A DNA stretch of 63,472 bases, filler included, from Welwitschia mirabilis (lineage: Eukaryota), in NCBI GenBank assembly GCA_051453625.1. It is 6 parts of one record of this genome, joined end to end, with 100 filler letters (N's around TTAATTAATTAA, not from the genome) between each part and the next. Parts side by side here need not be neighbours in the genome. Positions count along the whole stretch, not along the records: positions 1 to 16,582 come from JBOZIK010000001.1; positions 16,683 to 30,540 come from JBOZIK010000001.1; 4 more parts are not named here. One strand, written 5' to 3'. The notes under the pieces were generated by a model. It was given only the letters and a program-made list of their open reading frames with translations. It was not told the origin of the DNA and did no database searches. How positions within the stretch are numbered: position 1 is the first letter of the stretch; each line of letters starts with the position of its first letter. Below are positions 12,870 to 26,580 of this stretch, piece after piece. Both the position numbers and the translations under genes were made by a program.

Positions 12870-15800
12870 AGATCTTTTTTTTTGCAAAGAGGATCTTCTA
12901 AGTTAATTTCTTCTGTCATGTTCAAGGTATAATAAAAATCATCTAAAGATATATAAAGTTTTAACCATTGTCCATTTACTTTTTGGATTNNNNNNNNNNN
13001 NNNNNNNNNNNNNNNNNNNNNNNNNNNNNNNNNNNNNNNNNNNNNNNNNNNNNNNNNNNNNNNNNNNNNNNNNNNNNNNNNNNNNNNNNAATTTATTCTG
13101 TCATGTTCAAGGTATAATAAAAATCATCTAAAGATGTATAAAGTTTTAACCATTGTCCATTTACTTTTTGGATTTCTTGAGTTTAAAGATTAGAGATCTC
13201 AATAGAGCCATTATAATGTACCCTTTTCACATAATAAGGACCAAGCCATTTGAAGATCAGCTTGATATGTGTAAGATGTACTCAGGCATTATGCAAAAGC
13301 ATAAATTTACCTGTGTCTATAAGTGTAGTAATTTTATCCTTAATTGCTAGCTTAATGACAGGATTAANNNNNNNNNNNNNNNNNNNNNNNNNNNNNNNNN
13401 NNNNNNNNNNNNNNNNNNNNNNNNNNNNNNNNNNNNNNNNNNNNNNNNNNNNNNNNNNNNNNNNNNNTATATAATGGTCAAGGACGACTTCTAATATTTC
13501 TAAGATTTGTTCAAAGGAGTCATCAACGATGGAAAATTTATCCATAAATATTTTAATATAATTCTCAACCATATCTAAGAAGATATCCATCTTTATGTTT
13601 TAGAAGGTTATGGAGAATTACATACACCAAAGGACATTCTTTTAAAGGAAAAAGTACCAAAAGGGGATGTGAAGGTTATCTTAGATTAATCTTTATTAGC
13701 AATGCGCACTTGGTTATAACCACTATATCTATAAAGGAAGCAATAGTAAGCATGATCTTGGATCCTATCACAAACTTGATTAAGAAAAGAAAAGGGGATA
13801 TGATCTTTCTTGGTTACATCATTGAGTCTTCTAAAATCAATGCATACTTTCCATTTTCCTTCCTTTTTAGATACTACACTAAGAGGGCTAATCCATTCAC
13901 TATCTAAAATGGCATAGATGATACCTACATTGATACATTTAATGATTTCATCTTTGAATACTTATTTAATTGTAGGATTGAGTCTTCTTTGAGGTTGCTT
14001 AATGGATTTAGCATTATCATCTAGGTAAATTTTATGTTGAATAATATGAGAAGGAATAACACTAAGATCTCGATGAATCCAAGAAAAAGCTTCTAATTTT
14101 GAAGTAATAAGTAGAATTTAGTGTTTTTAGTGGGAGTATGAAGTTGAAAACTAATAATCACTAGTTTATTAGGATTATTATTTAGGAAAATGTTTTTTAA
14201 ACAATTAGATAAGTCTTGGAGTTGAAGATCATTTTCATCCTTCATAGTTATAGAACACCCATCTTGATGTAAAAGATTTTTAATGGATCTTACATGTTGG
14301 ATATCATAATCAAGTATGGGTTTAAAGTTCTGATGAAAATCATTATTAGAAGAGTGGTTTAAAATATTTGGGTTGAGGTTGTAAGGATTAGAGGAGTTTA
14401 AAGATTTAAGACTAACAGAAGATTCTTCCTCATCCTCAAACAAGGTAGAATTATGTAATGAAAGGATCCTTTCTTCTAAAGGATGATGTTGAACTAACAT
14501 GGATGACCTAACTTTTTTTTCTTTATCTAATTCATCTTCCATGTCTTTTTCAATAGCATTGAATACTATGATACTAAACTTTTTATTGCTTATATGATAT
14601 TTTATCATCCCTGTGCGAGTATCAATGACATAATGAATTGTTGCACAAAAGGATCTTCTTAAAAGTAGAGGGTATCCACCATTATGTACAACCTCTATAA
14701 TAACCACATCTATAGGGTAGAAAGCTTCCTTTATTTAAATCACTAAGTCTTTGATTATTCCTATACATTTCTTACTTAATGCATCAACCAGTTCCAACAC
14801 TATTTTGGTAAGTTTAATTCTTCCTTTTGATTTAAGCTTTTTATAAATGTGTAAAGATATAATATTGACACTTGATCCTATGTCTATTATAGCTTTCTTT
14901 ATTTTCTCATTTCCTTCTAAAATAAAACCAATAGTGGCTACCCCTAGATCTTTAAACTTAGAACATTTTTAAGAAACTAAGTTGAAAAAAGATTGAGCAA
15001 TGACTACTTTACTTGAAATTACTCTCTTTTATTTTCTTTTTACTAAGTCCTTCCAAATTTTGTTGTACTTGGGATCCTCTTTAATGATATTTAAAATGGG
15101 TAGGTTAATAGTAACATCATTTATAATTGCTTTCAAACATTCATCATAAGTTAGATTATTGTTTCATCTTTCCAGCCATGGGGGCAGTCTTCTCCTTAAA
15201 ATGTTGGTTTTTGTTATTGAATTTAGGAAAGTTTAGTTAATTAATAATTTTAATATCATCTTCTTGAGGTTTTTCTTTATGGATAAAACTTAAAGGTTTC
15301 TCATGAGGAGTAGTGCTATGTCCACTTCTAGTTACTACTTTCTAATTTTTTTGTTACATCATTTGGATTTGGAATAGTTTGAGTGGCAAGTAATCTTTGA
15401 GGTCTTTGATTTTCTAATATGTTTTAATAGAGGAGTTAATCAAATTTTCTAATTTTTTATTTTAATTTTCTAAGATCTCATTGGTGGCATCTTGTTTCTT
15501 TTTGAGTTCCTCCATCATTTCTCTATAAGGATCATTTTCATTGTAGTTTGAAAAATTGGACTAAGAGTTATGCTTTTTATATTTGTTATCAAATGAAGGT
15601 TGGAAAGATGTTGAAGGTTTATTATTTCTTGGTGGATATTTTTGATTGCCTCCAAAGTTACTTGATCTTTGATTGAATGCATAAACTTCATTGAATATGG
15701 CCTTTCTATAAGTTGGTAAAGTTGGGCATTCCTTGGTAGAGTGGTAGTTTTCATTACATAATTCACAATGGTTGAGTTGATTTAGCAATTTTGCATCAGT

Positions 15801-16582
15801 TAAAGATTTTTTACAACTCTCCAATATTCTAGTAATATCACTAAGTATGGTGTTAACCTTTGGTTATTCTTCTTCATATTACACTTTTTTTGAGTCTCTA
15901 AGTATTTCACCTATAGTTCTAGTGTCTTTACATGTAGTTTTTAGCTAATTTTGACTTCTTTCCATAAGGTCTTCTAATAAGTTTTAAGCATGTCTAAGTT
16001 TAAATTAAGTATATCATCACCACATGAAAAATATATCATTTGTCTAGTTTGACTATTCAATCCACTATAAAAATGATTAATAAGTTTTTATTTTTCAAAT
16101 TTATTCATTGGGTTGAATAATACAGCAATCAAGAATCTTTTATATGTTGAGGAATAATCTTCATGGGGGTATTTTTAAAAATTTATTACTTTATTTCTTC
16201 TTGTACTCATGACTATCTCATTCATGAACCATTTGATAAAGAATTCTTATACATGATTCCATAACTTAAGAATTCTATGTGAAATAGTTTTAAGCCAAGT
16301 CTTTACTTTTCCCTATAAGGTAAATGAATAGACTATCATGTAGGTCCTATCTAAAATTTTATTTTCCCCATTTTCTAAGGTAAGGATGAGTTATTCAGTA
16401 TCATATATGTATTGGAATGGGTCTTCATTAGGTTATTTAAAAAATATAGGATAAGCATTTAAGTTTTTTAACTCTACATCATCTCTAGGGGGTAGGTAAA
16501 ATGGATTCTAAAGTTCCCTCTTTTTTTTTGCTAATATATCCTTTAAAGTGACATTTGAATTAGAAGATTTATCATATATCAT
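12870..16582 (-). pseudogene. gag-pol: Decayed gag-pol: gag ~15000-16560, protease ~14550-14960, RT ~13470-14060, integrase tail ~12870-13365
   Basis: Protease AIIDIGSSVNII and GGYPLLLRRSFCAT (ORF 14093-14707), gag CELCNENYHSTKECP (ORF 15561-15824), RT IKIFMDKFSI (ORF 13282-13590). Confidence 0.88.
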
Positions 16583-16682
16583 NNNNNNNNNNNNNNNNNN
16601 NNNNNNNNNNNNNNNNNNNNNNNNNNTTAATTAATTAANNNNNNNNNNNNNNNNNNNNNNNNNNNNNNNNNNNNNNNNNNNN
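16583..16682. other. Artificial scaffold spacer N44-TTAATTAATTAA-N44
   Basis: Identical 100-nt structure occurs five times; the 12-mer gives stops in all six frames. Confidence 0.97.
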
Positions 16683-17677
16683 TTTTTTTAGTATGATGGG
16701 AAAGATAGCTATATAAGTATAATCACTAATTCATTTTTTACTATTTCTTGAAGTAAGCACTAATTGTTTGATGTTTACTATATGTTGAAGGGGATCTTTA
16801 TCATTTCTCCATTAAAAATAGGATATACATTTAGATTTATTAACTTGTCATCATCACCAGGAGGTAGGTTAAAATGATTTTGGATTGCATGATTTTTATT
16901 TACAATTAATTCTTTAAGAATGACATTAGCATTTGGACTTATGGGGATAGTAGAGATTTCTATCATGATAGAAGGACTAAGTGAAGCTACTTGTTTTTAT
17001 TTTTACATAGAATTTGACATTGAAATAAAACTGTTTTCTTCTAAACTTTCTTTTGAAAAACTTTCTTTGGAAAAATTAGATTCAAAAATAATAAATGCAA
17101 AAAAATCTTATTGCTTAATTCTTGAAATATTTTTCATATCTGGCATGTGCACACCTCGGTTTATTTTGTATAATCAAAACTTTTTAAATGTTTTCTTTAA
17201 TCAATAACAACTCTCTCTAATACTTCTTCTTTTTACTAAAGTTTATCATATCCCAACATGTTTAGCTCTATTTTTATAGATGTAATCTTTATGGTCATTC
17301 AGACAATGTACCTGGACAACAAAAGACTCAAAAAACCCAAAAATGAAAAATAAAAAAAAATAGAATCATGAATTAACACAGAATGAAAACTTATAGTCAT
17401 CCGCTAAGTCATCTGAAAGACAAGGGGGATGATAAGAAAAAGCCTAGCTTTTATGAAAATGAAAAACCCTAGTTTCATGAGCCATCATCACCGCATATTG
17501 TCTAGAAGATAAGGCATTATTTTCAAAATGCAAATTAGAAAATGTGAAAAGAAAAACCTACAGTTCTACTATTAAAATTCTATTATAGATAAATACTTTA
17601 GCCAAAATCCAAACTACTTATCTAGGCAATGATAATCCTTGAATTCTAAGTAGCCTTTTCCAGTAAGGTTATCAAGA
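16683..17677 (-). mobile_element. 5' internal region of an Athila-type element: PBS, 5' UTR, start of gag
   Basis: ORF 16778-16966 (NHFNLPPGDDDKLINLNVYPIFNGE) matches the gag start at ~47240 (NPFDLPPSDDVELKNLNAYPAFQGE). The decayed PBS at ~17656-17674 aligns with the PBS context at 46655-46681. Confidence 0.8.
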
Positions 17678-18993
17678 TATTATGATGCATACTTATGCAA
17701 ATGTTATATCCTCAAACAAATCCTAAAAATTACCCAAATATACATTGCATAACATAACACACTAATATAGATGAGAGTGAACCTGAATGTTATAATTTCA
17801 TCAAAGACATAGGTAAGAAAAAAATAATTGATTTTAAATAAGATAATTATGTACTTTCTAAGTAGAACAAAATAACAATGCTAATGAATACATTATGAAA
17901 AAAAGATGCAAGATTTATTTTAAACGCAACATTTATTTGATTATCAAATCAACCTATCATAAAGATCAACTTTGTATAACTTAGATTAATTAAGGAAAGT
18001 CATCACCAGACTAAGACTAACATATAATATCAGGTTCATCAAACAAAATATGAAAATAATGCAAAATTAATTTAAAAATAAAATGTAATATCCCTAAACT
18101 ACTAGTATCAACCTTAATAAAGATTGCCCTCATGACCTATATCGTAGATGAAGCTATCATAGGATCATAAGCAACATAAATCATAAGGGAGATTTACTTA
18201 ATAAATGATATAAAAATAAAAATAGAGTTTTGATTAATTTATACCAACATTCATGTTACAAAGCAGCAGTACCTTAATAAAGGATACACAGCCCAACACC
18301 AAGGAAGATGTCTCTCTACAATAATAAAGAATGGATCTCCTCTTCTTTAATCTCCTATTATGAGAATTTTCAATGCTAAAAAATATAAAATCAGAGTCAA
18401 GGATGAAGTAGGTACTTATTATAAATAAAAACACTAAAAACAACAAACACTAACAAACACAACAAAACCCTACCTACCACACAAGAAAGTGCATGATACA
18501 TGATGAATGTTTAGTGAAGTTTAGTGAAGAATTATATTTAGGTGTTCATTTTAGTTATCTAGATATAATAAGAGAGGATACCACATCATATAAGATCCAC
18601 ATCAGCTACCNNNNNNNNNNNNNNNNNNNNNNNNNNNNNNNNNNNNNNNNNNNNNNNNNNNNNNNNNNNNNNNNNNNNNNNNNNNNNNNNNNNNNNNNNN
18701 NGTTGGCATAAGTTCTTCTATCATCCATATCATTATCTGGATGATAAGGTGGATTATAGACTTTGTAAAAATATTTCTTATGTTAGATAAATCTATTTGA
18801 TTACATAATTACTGTTTCGGAGAGAAAGTATTGTAATTTTTCTTAAATTATATCAAATGTAATAAATATTACATGATTTTGTGATATTTGCCTTAACTCT
18901 CCATTATCATTAAAACTTAGCATAAACCTGCCTAATGTCCTATAAAACTACTTAAAATATCCTATCAAATAAATATAATTTGATAGTACAACA
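17678..18993 (-). repeat. Athila-type LTR lying between a PPT and a PBS
   Basis: Element-sense AGGGACTAATAAGGATAAGTAGGATGATA|TGTTGTACTATC ... TTGCATAAGTATGCATCATAATA|TCTTGATAACCTTACTGGAAAAGGCTA. Contains an N gap at 18611-18701. Confidence 0.75.
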
Positions 18994-19779
18994 TATCATC
19001 CTACTTATCCTTATTAGTCCCTGATAAATCCAGTGAAACAATTATGATTGTGGATGAAATTGACTAATAAGAAATCAATAAGGGAACTATAAAGTAAACT
19101 CAAAAATAATCTCAAAAATCTTAAAATGCAGAATAAAAATATTAAAAACAATAATTAAATGTTTCACCTATGCAAAGTAAGTTGTGGTATTGTCATCTTG
19201 GTGNNNNNNNNNNNNNNNNNNNNNNNNNNNNNNNNNNNNNNNNNNNNNNNNNNNNNNNNNNNNNNNNNNNNNNNNNNNNNNNNNNNNNNNNNNNNNNNNN
19301 NNNATGTTTCACCTATGCAAAGTAAGTTGTGGTATTGTCATCTTGGTGGTGATCTAGATAATGGAGGGGACAATAAGCTTAAAAATTATTCTTAAAAGTA
19401 GAAGCCTGTGAAAAATTTTCTAAAAAGATAAACATTAAAATGTAATAATATTAACAATCCCAACTTAAATGTACATCATATCATGAAAAATAATCATGTG
19501 TAATAAAAAAAATCATCATAATGAAATATCTCAATAATATGTAAATGGTAAGTAAAAATCTCGAAAATAAAACTAGATATAATAATGATACTTAGAAAAT
19601 GATGTTTATATTAAATAATAAGCTTTTAATATAATCCACAGAGGGAAGATACATAATACAATATANNNNNNNNNNNNNNNNNNNNNNNNNNNNNNNNNNN
19701 NNNNNNNNNNNNNNNNNNNNNNNNNNNNNNNNNNNNNNNNNNNNNNNNNNNNNNNNNNNNNNNNNTAATCACTCCCCTC

Positions 19780-21010
19780 GTTATGTCAAAATGAATTCCT
19801 AATGTGCTTTAAGATTAGGTTCATGTGGAGAAGATAAAGGATGCTTAGGATCTGTAGGGAAATGATAGTCAAATATTGTTGTGTTGGAGTATGCAGTCTC
19901 ATCTCCCTATACTTTGACTACCTCTAGGATGTCAACTGTTGCATCATGTTGAATGCATAATATGCGATGAGGCATATTCATTAGCTACTGCTCATTGTGC
20001 TAAACTCTCTTATCAACTATAAATATCCTCTATTATAGCTCAGTAAAGCCTTAGTTCATGGCCTCTTTAAGGCCTTATGTTGTATCTACTAGGAGTGCCT
20101 ATATTTGCTCGATGATAATGCTAACCCCAGATCTCTATACCTAAGGTCTTTCTGCCTCTCTTGGTATGTGGATACCCATATCCTATAGGTAACAAGCTAA
20201 TATCCATAGATGTATAAATCTCTACTCACTCATAGACTAAGATATACTAAAGTGTCTAAACATAGCTGAGAGAAGGCATTGATATCCTAAAGTCTATAGC
20301 TATCGAGCTTAATCATGGTCTTATGTCTCCTCCAAATAAAAGTTAGTAAGTATAATTGTTTCCCCTTCCTAAATACTACCAACATTCATTAGTGATTCAT
20401 ATGATATAACTATTATAGAACAATGGACTGATGTTATGGATCAACCCTCTATAAGAATCCTATAGGTAGGTAATAAATGTATCACCAAAACCTCCCACCA
20501 ATCACTAGTAACATTAGCTGATATGTTTAATATTATGACCTAAGCATGACACTCCTCTATATTGTCAATTGAGTAAATGTATGTACTCTGATATCACTTA
20601 AGTTAGTAATAGTAATGATGTGATTAGGACAAATAGATATCTTATGGTCATGGATGATATATATAACCATATTGACCAGGTGATCACAAACATCAGATCA
20701 CCTCTCAATATGTATGGTGTCATAGAACTCTCTAGTCTTTGAGGTGTAATAAGCTCCATTTGTATCTAAAATCCATATAAGCTAAAGATCTATTAATATT
20801 TGGTCCACCTCTTACTTTAATTGACTCATAAATTCATCAAAGTTCCTTTCAACACAGATAGAAGTTGTTTAAATGAAGTGGAATCATGTCTAGTGAGGTG
20901 AAGGATGAACTAGATTTGCCCGCTCAGTCTTAGGTGATACTAATGGGTCTACTTCCTACCCTAATATCTTATCCTCTACCTTAGCCTATCTAACTCATGT
21001 GTACATGGCC
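19780..21010 (-). pseudogene. Decayed extra ('env-like') ORF
   Basis: Homologous to 2948-4085 and to the reverse complement of 51870-53100. Confidence 0.65.
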
Positions 21011-22699
21011 TAATTAGTCATAAGCATAGAGCACATCACATGAGAACAAGTGAAAATTTCTAATATGTGTCTCATGGAAGCTCTAAATGATTCCATAAAT
21101 TGGTTTTTATGTGTAAAAGTCATGAAAATATCTCCAGCTCCTTCCTTCCCCTCGTATTAAAAGAATCAATACATCTTGTATTGCCTAATCATGTAAGAAA
21201 AAAGTATGAAACATGAGATAAATTGACATGTATAAAAATAGTGGACCCCACAAAATGTTAAAAATGAAAGTAATTAAATAAAAAATCTAATTGGTATAAA
21301 TGTATAGCATGTCATACTAATAAATTTACATATAAGGACCACTAAATTTTGACTTATAGTTTTTAAGAAAAAGAGGTTTAAAGTTAAAAACCTAATTGTA
21401 CCTCATAAAATACATAAACTCAGATATCTCATCAAATACATGGTAAAAATCAAGTCCATAAGTACCAAATTGAAAAGCACCAAAAAATAAGTGATATATG
21501 TGTAAACTATGTGCTAAAAGGCTAAAAAATAAGAGAAAAAGTAAAAAATAATAAGGGGAAAAAACATACCTAATTTTAATACATTGACTCAAATCTTGCA
21601 ATCTGGGACACTAAACTTATGGGTGAAACATTTAAGACATCAGTGGGCTTAAGAATGATGATTATCTCTCAACGAAATAGATGGAAGCAATGTAAGAATT
21701 TAAAAAATTATGGAAAAGTAGGTTAGGTTACAATTTTATCACACTGTCGTCTGATCATATCATTCAGATAATATCTCTAGAATGACCATCAAAAAAATCT
21801 CATTTGTCATCTGCCTTATTATCTGGATAACATGATGGATGATTGGACTTTTAAAAATTTTAGGAGAAAAAAAGATATTAGTCGAATAAGTTAGGCTCAG
21901 ATATTAACATGAAGGTATCAGAATTTATTAGAAAATCTAAAAGATAATAAATGATGAAAAATCATGATGAATTTGTGTTGGGAATGAGAAAAAATCCAAA
22001 GAATTGAAATATAGGATGNNNNNNNNNNNNNNNNNNNNNNNNNNNNNNNNNNNNNNNNNNNNNNNNNNNNNNNNNNNNNNNNNNNNNNNNNNNNNNNNNN
22101 NNNNNNNNNNNNNNNNNNNNNNNNNNNNNNNNNNNNNNATTATTTAATTAAAATATAATATGATCTAGCTAAAATGCTAAAACAAAATCAACTTTTATTG
22201 ATAAAAAATAGGAGTGAAAATGAAAATAGTAATAAGAAAACTACCAAATATAGGATCTTAAAAATGATGATGAAAAAGTATGGAAATGACTTTGAAATAA
22301 TAAACCAGACAATTAAAGAAAAACTAAATGAAAATGAACAACTAAGGACATGAAAAAGATAGCATACCTACTCTAAATTCTAACCTAGAAAAACCCTTAA
22401 AAACATCATAAATCTAGTTCAATAAAGATGCATAAGAAAACATATCGGTTCTATAAAGTTTCATTTAAAAAGGTAGTGATTATGATGACACCAAATATCA
22501 AATGCTTAAAATAATGAATGATAAAATCAAAATATACTTAAAAATGAACTCACTCACCTTCTCATAATTTAAAACATACTTAAATCCTTAAAATAGAAAT
22601 GAGCATATAAGAATACTAAGAGTTTAGGAAATAAGAAATGCCTCTGATGATACCAAGAACATCATTGATCCCATAGCCTTAAAGTTTTATTACTGCCTT

Positions 22700-22849
22700 C
22701 CATAATGAGAGGAGTGCAACCATAGTCAAAGAAGTATGGACTCACAAAGTATGACTAACTAACCCCCCAGTGAAGTTCCCACAGCTACCAACATTGCCAA
22801 AAGTTTCTTTCAAAAACATTTATCCTAATGTGGTAGGACATCATGATGG
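22700..22849 (-). other. Conserved non-coding module (copy 3)
   Basis: Element-sense CATGATGTCCTACC...GGTAGCTGTGGGAACTTCACTGGGGGGTTAGTTAGTCAT...ATGGTTGCACTCCTCTCATTATGG. Confidence 0.7.
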
Positions 22850-23249
22850 CCATGTATTTTAGCAGAGATATAATAGGTCATAATTGTTATTATTATTATT
22901 ACTATTATTTTGAATAATTTCCACATGATCACGTATTTAAAAAGATGAAGGTGAAGAAGTGAGATGAAAGATGGAAAAGAACACACCTAAACAACTAAAG
23001 ATCTCACACCATTGAAAAAAATACAAGAACCAAGACATCTTCCTTTAAAATGAAGTTCATAGATATGTGAATGTCTTAAGATTGGTTGAATACAATCTTA
23101 TCATTGTAAAATGCTCAAGTACAAATTCTAGTTATGGAAACTTCATAAAACAAATACATAAGTTAAGTTAAAGATGATAAAGTAACATCATAACATTAAT
23201 TAAAGGAATTAACTAAGAAAGAATTCAGACAACGATAGGGAGAAAGTCC

Positions 23250-26200
23250 TTTTCATCAAGGTAAATCTTCAAAACAATTGATTCTATTATGTTCAAGATT
23301 GAATTAAGATGTTTTTCATATATTTTAAACCTTTGTCCATTAACTTTATGAATATCCCTAATGTATAAGTTAGAAATCTCAATAGATTTATTATAATATA
23401 CTTTCTCTACAAGATAAGAACTTAACTATTTAAAGGTCAACTTCTTGTGTAAAAGATGCACTCTAGTATTGTATCAAGAAATAAGTTAACTAGGTTTAAA
23501 CATTTTATGAAGGAATTTTTTATCATATATAAACTTAATTTGGGCTTTGTAAATGAGATAATGATGTATAACTATGTACATTTCTTAGCTAAGTGATTAA
23601 TTTGGGCTAATCATTTTTTTATATTTTCATAAATGTCTATAAGGCTAAGTTAATAGAAAGAACAATAATAGTTATAACACACATCAACTAGTAAAACAAA
23701 AAAATTTTCATATACATGTTCATAAAGTAAAAAACTAAGAGAATTATGTCAAATATTGATAAGCACCAAGAACATCATTAATCGTAGAAGCCTAAGATTT
23801 CTTATTAATGAAGATAAGTTTTTAAACTATATTTTTTATTACTCTATTTGCATTTTTAGCTTGATCCTTGGTTTATGGATGGTAAGAATAAGCTAAAAAA
23901 AGTTTTCTAAAAATATGATTTATAAAATGAGTGTTTTAATCACTAATGATAACTATAGGAAANNNNNNNNNNNNNNNNNNNNNNNNNNNNNNNNNNNNNN
24001 NNNNNNNNNNNNNNNNNNNNNNNNNNNNNNNNNNNNNNNNNNNNNNNNNNNNNNNNNNNNNNNNNNNNNNNNNNNNNNNNNNNNNNNNNNNNNNNNNNNN
24101 NNNNNNNNNNNNNNNNNNNNNNNNNNNNNNNNNNNNNNNNNNNNNNNNNNNNNNNNNNNNNNNNNNNNNNNNNNNNNNNNNNNNNNNNAGGATACCATTA
24201 TATTAACAAGCATTGAACCTTCTAGCAAAAAATCAAAAGAGTTCTAAAAAAGAATAAGCCAATAAAAACCAGAGTAAAGACTTTTTATTACTATTTTTTA
24301 TTTACTAAAATAACTTTCACAAATACTATAATGATAAAGATGAATGATGTCTAGATTTTCCTATTCAAGTATACATTTTCTCATGATTTGATCTTTGCAG
24401 CTATGATAAAGATGTAGCTTCATCCATTCATAGTCACCTATTCTATGAAGAAAAGATTTTCTTTTATTATGACTCCAATATTGTAGTGTTTTCATGGTAA
24501 TAAGATAATTAAGTATCTCATCATATCAAGAAGAAGGATGAGTAGAAGATATGAAAAAAAGTTTTTCATGTCAAAAGAATCATTGATCATAAGATCATCT
24601 AGAGGAAAATAAAGACATGATAAATGATCTACTTAACTATTATGTTTCCTACTTTATTAATGTTGTTACAATCAAATTCTGGCATGAAAAGGAACTGTCT
24701 AACGATTCTAGCACTAGAATATTTCTTAGTCATATGGTATTTAATAGCCGCATGATTGGTATAAAAATTCATATAAAAGCCTAAAAAATATTATCTAAGA
24801 TTATTAAGGTAAAATATTATGGCTAACATCTCTTTCTTAATAGTAGTGTAATTTAATTGAGCTTTAGAAAAAGTTTTACTATGATAAGATATAACTTTAA
24901 AATTATTTTCATATTTTTTTCCTAGAAACCCACCCACGACAATATTACTAGCATTACATATTAATTCAAAATCTTTATTCTAATCTAGTTCCATTATAAT
25001 AGGTGCAAAAGAGATTTTACCTTTAAGTGTTTTAAAAGCAACCTAACAAGATTCATTCCATTTAGATTTAGCTTTTTTTTCAAGTAATGAGTAAAAAGGT
25101 TTACAAATTTTAGCATAATACTAAATAAAACAATGATAAAAATCGTAATAACCAAAGAAAGATCAAACTTTTTTTAGATTTATTAGAGGAGTTAGATTTT
25201 AAATGATACTTACCTTTTTAGGATTTATCCTAATCTGTTTATTAGAAATCTTATAACTTAAGATAATTCCATTATTAAATAGAAAGAAACTCTTCTTCCA
25301 AATTAATTATAGACCACTCTTAATGCATCTATCAAGGACTTTCTCTAATTTTTTTAAGATTTGTTGAAAGTTTTTACAAAAAATTAAGAAGTCATCCATA
25401 AAAATTTTAATTGAATCCTTTAACATATTAGAAAAGATACCCATCATTGCATGTTGATAAGTACTAAGAGCATTACAAAGTCCAAAACACATGTGTTTAA
25501 AAGCAAATGTTCCAAAATATAAAATAAAAGGTATTTTTGTTTGATCATCACTAGCTATACAAACTTGGTTATAATTACTATACCCATCAAGAAATTAATG
25601 AAATGAATTTTCGTAGATTATATCAAGTATTTGGTCAAGAAAAGAAAAGAGCAATGGTCTTTGTTTGTTACTTTATTTAGCTTCTTAAAATCAATACACA
25701 TTCTCCACATTCCCTCTTTCTTAGGCACTACCATCAAATGAATAACCCACTCATTATCAAATATGGCATAAATAATTCTAGCATCCATTAATTTAATAAT
25801 TTCATATTTTACAAATTATTTAAGGGCTAGATTTAGTCTACGTTAGGGTTACCTAACAAATTTTACATCATCCTCAAGGTAGAATTTTTATTGAATAATG
25901 GAAGTAGGAATGGTTGTTAAATCTTTATGAATCCAAGCAAATACATTAACATTAGAATTTAAAAGCGGGATTAAAATTAATTCTTGTTGAGGAAAAGATT
26001 CTCATTTATTATTGATGGTTTATTCTAATAATCATACAAAAAGATATATTTTAGTCACTGGGTAAAGGTTTCAAATTTAAATTTAGACTTTTATTTTCTA
26101 TTAATTTTTTCTTAGAGTTGATTGTCATCTCAAACCATTGTCCAAATGACATGGATAAATGACCTTTCTAAAAATATGAACTCTTAGTTTTTTTTTTTTT

Positions 26201-26580
26201 CAAATGTTAGACTTCTTCATATATCATAGTTTCAATTTCTCCATTCTCCTGATCAAAACAGTTGATTCCCAAATGCTCATAGTTGAGTTTGTCAACATTA
26301 AAAGCTTTAAAAATTTTTTACTTTGAGTGAATCATCATACAAGATAGGATCATAAAGCATTAACCATCTCTCTTCAAGTGGATGATATTGTAAAAGTAAT
26401 GTTAGCTTAATTTCTTTTTCTACATTCCACTCATCACCTAGAACTTTTTTAATGACATCAAAAACTCTAATGATAAATGTTTTATTTCTTAAATGAAATT
26501 ATATCATTTTAGTTCTTATATCAATAATAAAATAAACTATTTTATAAAATGCTCTATTTAAAATTAGTGAATAACCTCTT
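23250..26580 (-). pseudogene. pol: Decayed pol (PR end, RT, RNase H, integrase)
   Basis: FMDD motif at ~25390; colinear with 6290-10110. Confidence 0.88.

Larger units (their letters stand above)
10281..16582 (-). mobile_element. Athila-type element nested in the protease of the previous element: gag-PR-RT-(gap)-INT end, spacer, PPT, 3' LTR
   Basis: LTR 10281-11452 with TGTTGT/ACAACA termini, PPT at 11453-11482, and gag/pol motifs to the right; 5' end lost at the scaffold spacer. Confidence 0.88.
18994..26580 (-). mobile_element. Athila-type internal region: PR end, RT, RH, INT, spacer, extra ORF, PPT
   Basis: Colinear with 2948-10110; RT ORF 25307-25492 (FGLCNALSTY...IKIFMDDF); PPT at 18994-19022. 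Confidence 0.9.

Noticed and set aside
14093-14707. 204-aa ORF as an intact gene
   Set aside because: It is a stop-free stretch of the decayed protease/linker within gag-pol, flanked by stops and frameshifts.
16627-16638. Palindromic TTAATTAATTAA repeated five times (also 30585, 44724, 55288, 61694)
   Set aside because: Always centred in exactly 44 N on each side: a synthetic six-frame-stop linker used to join scaffolds, not biology.
16560-16970. Apparent tandem duplication of gag start or continuity of one element across 16583-16682
   Set aside because: The two gag pieces are on different scaffolds separated by an artificial spacer.
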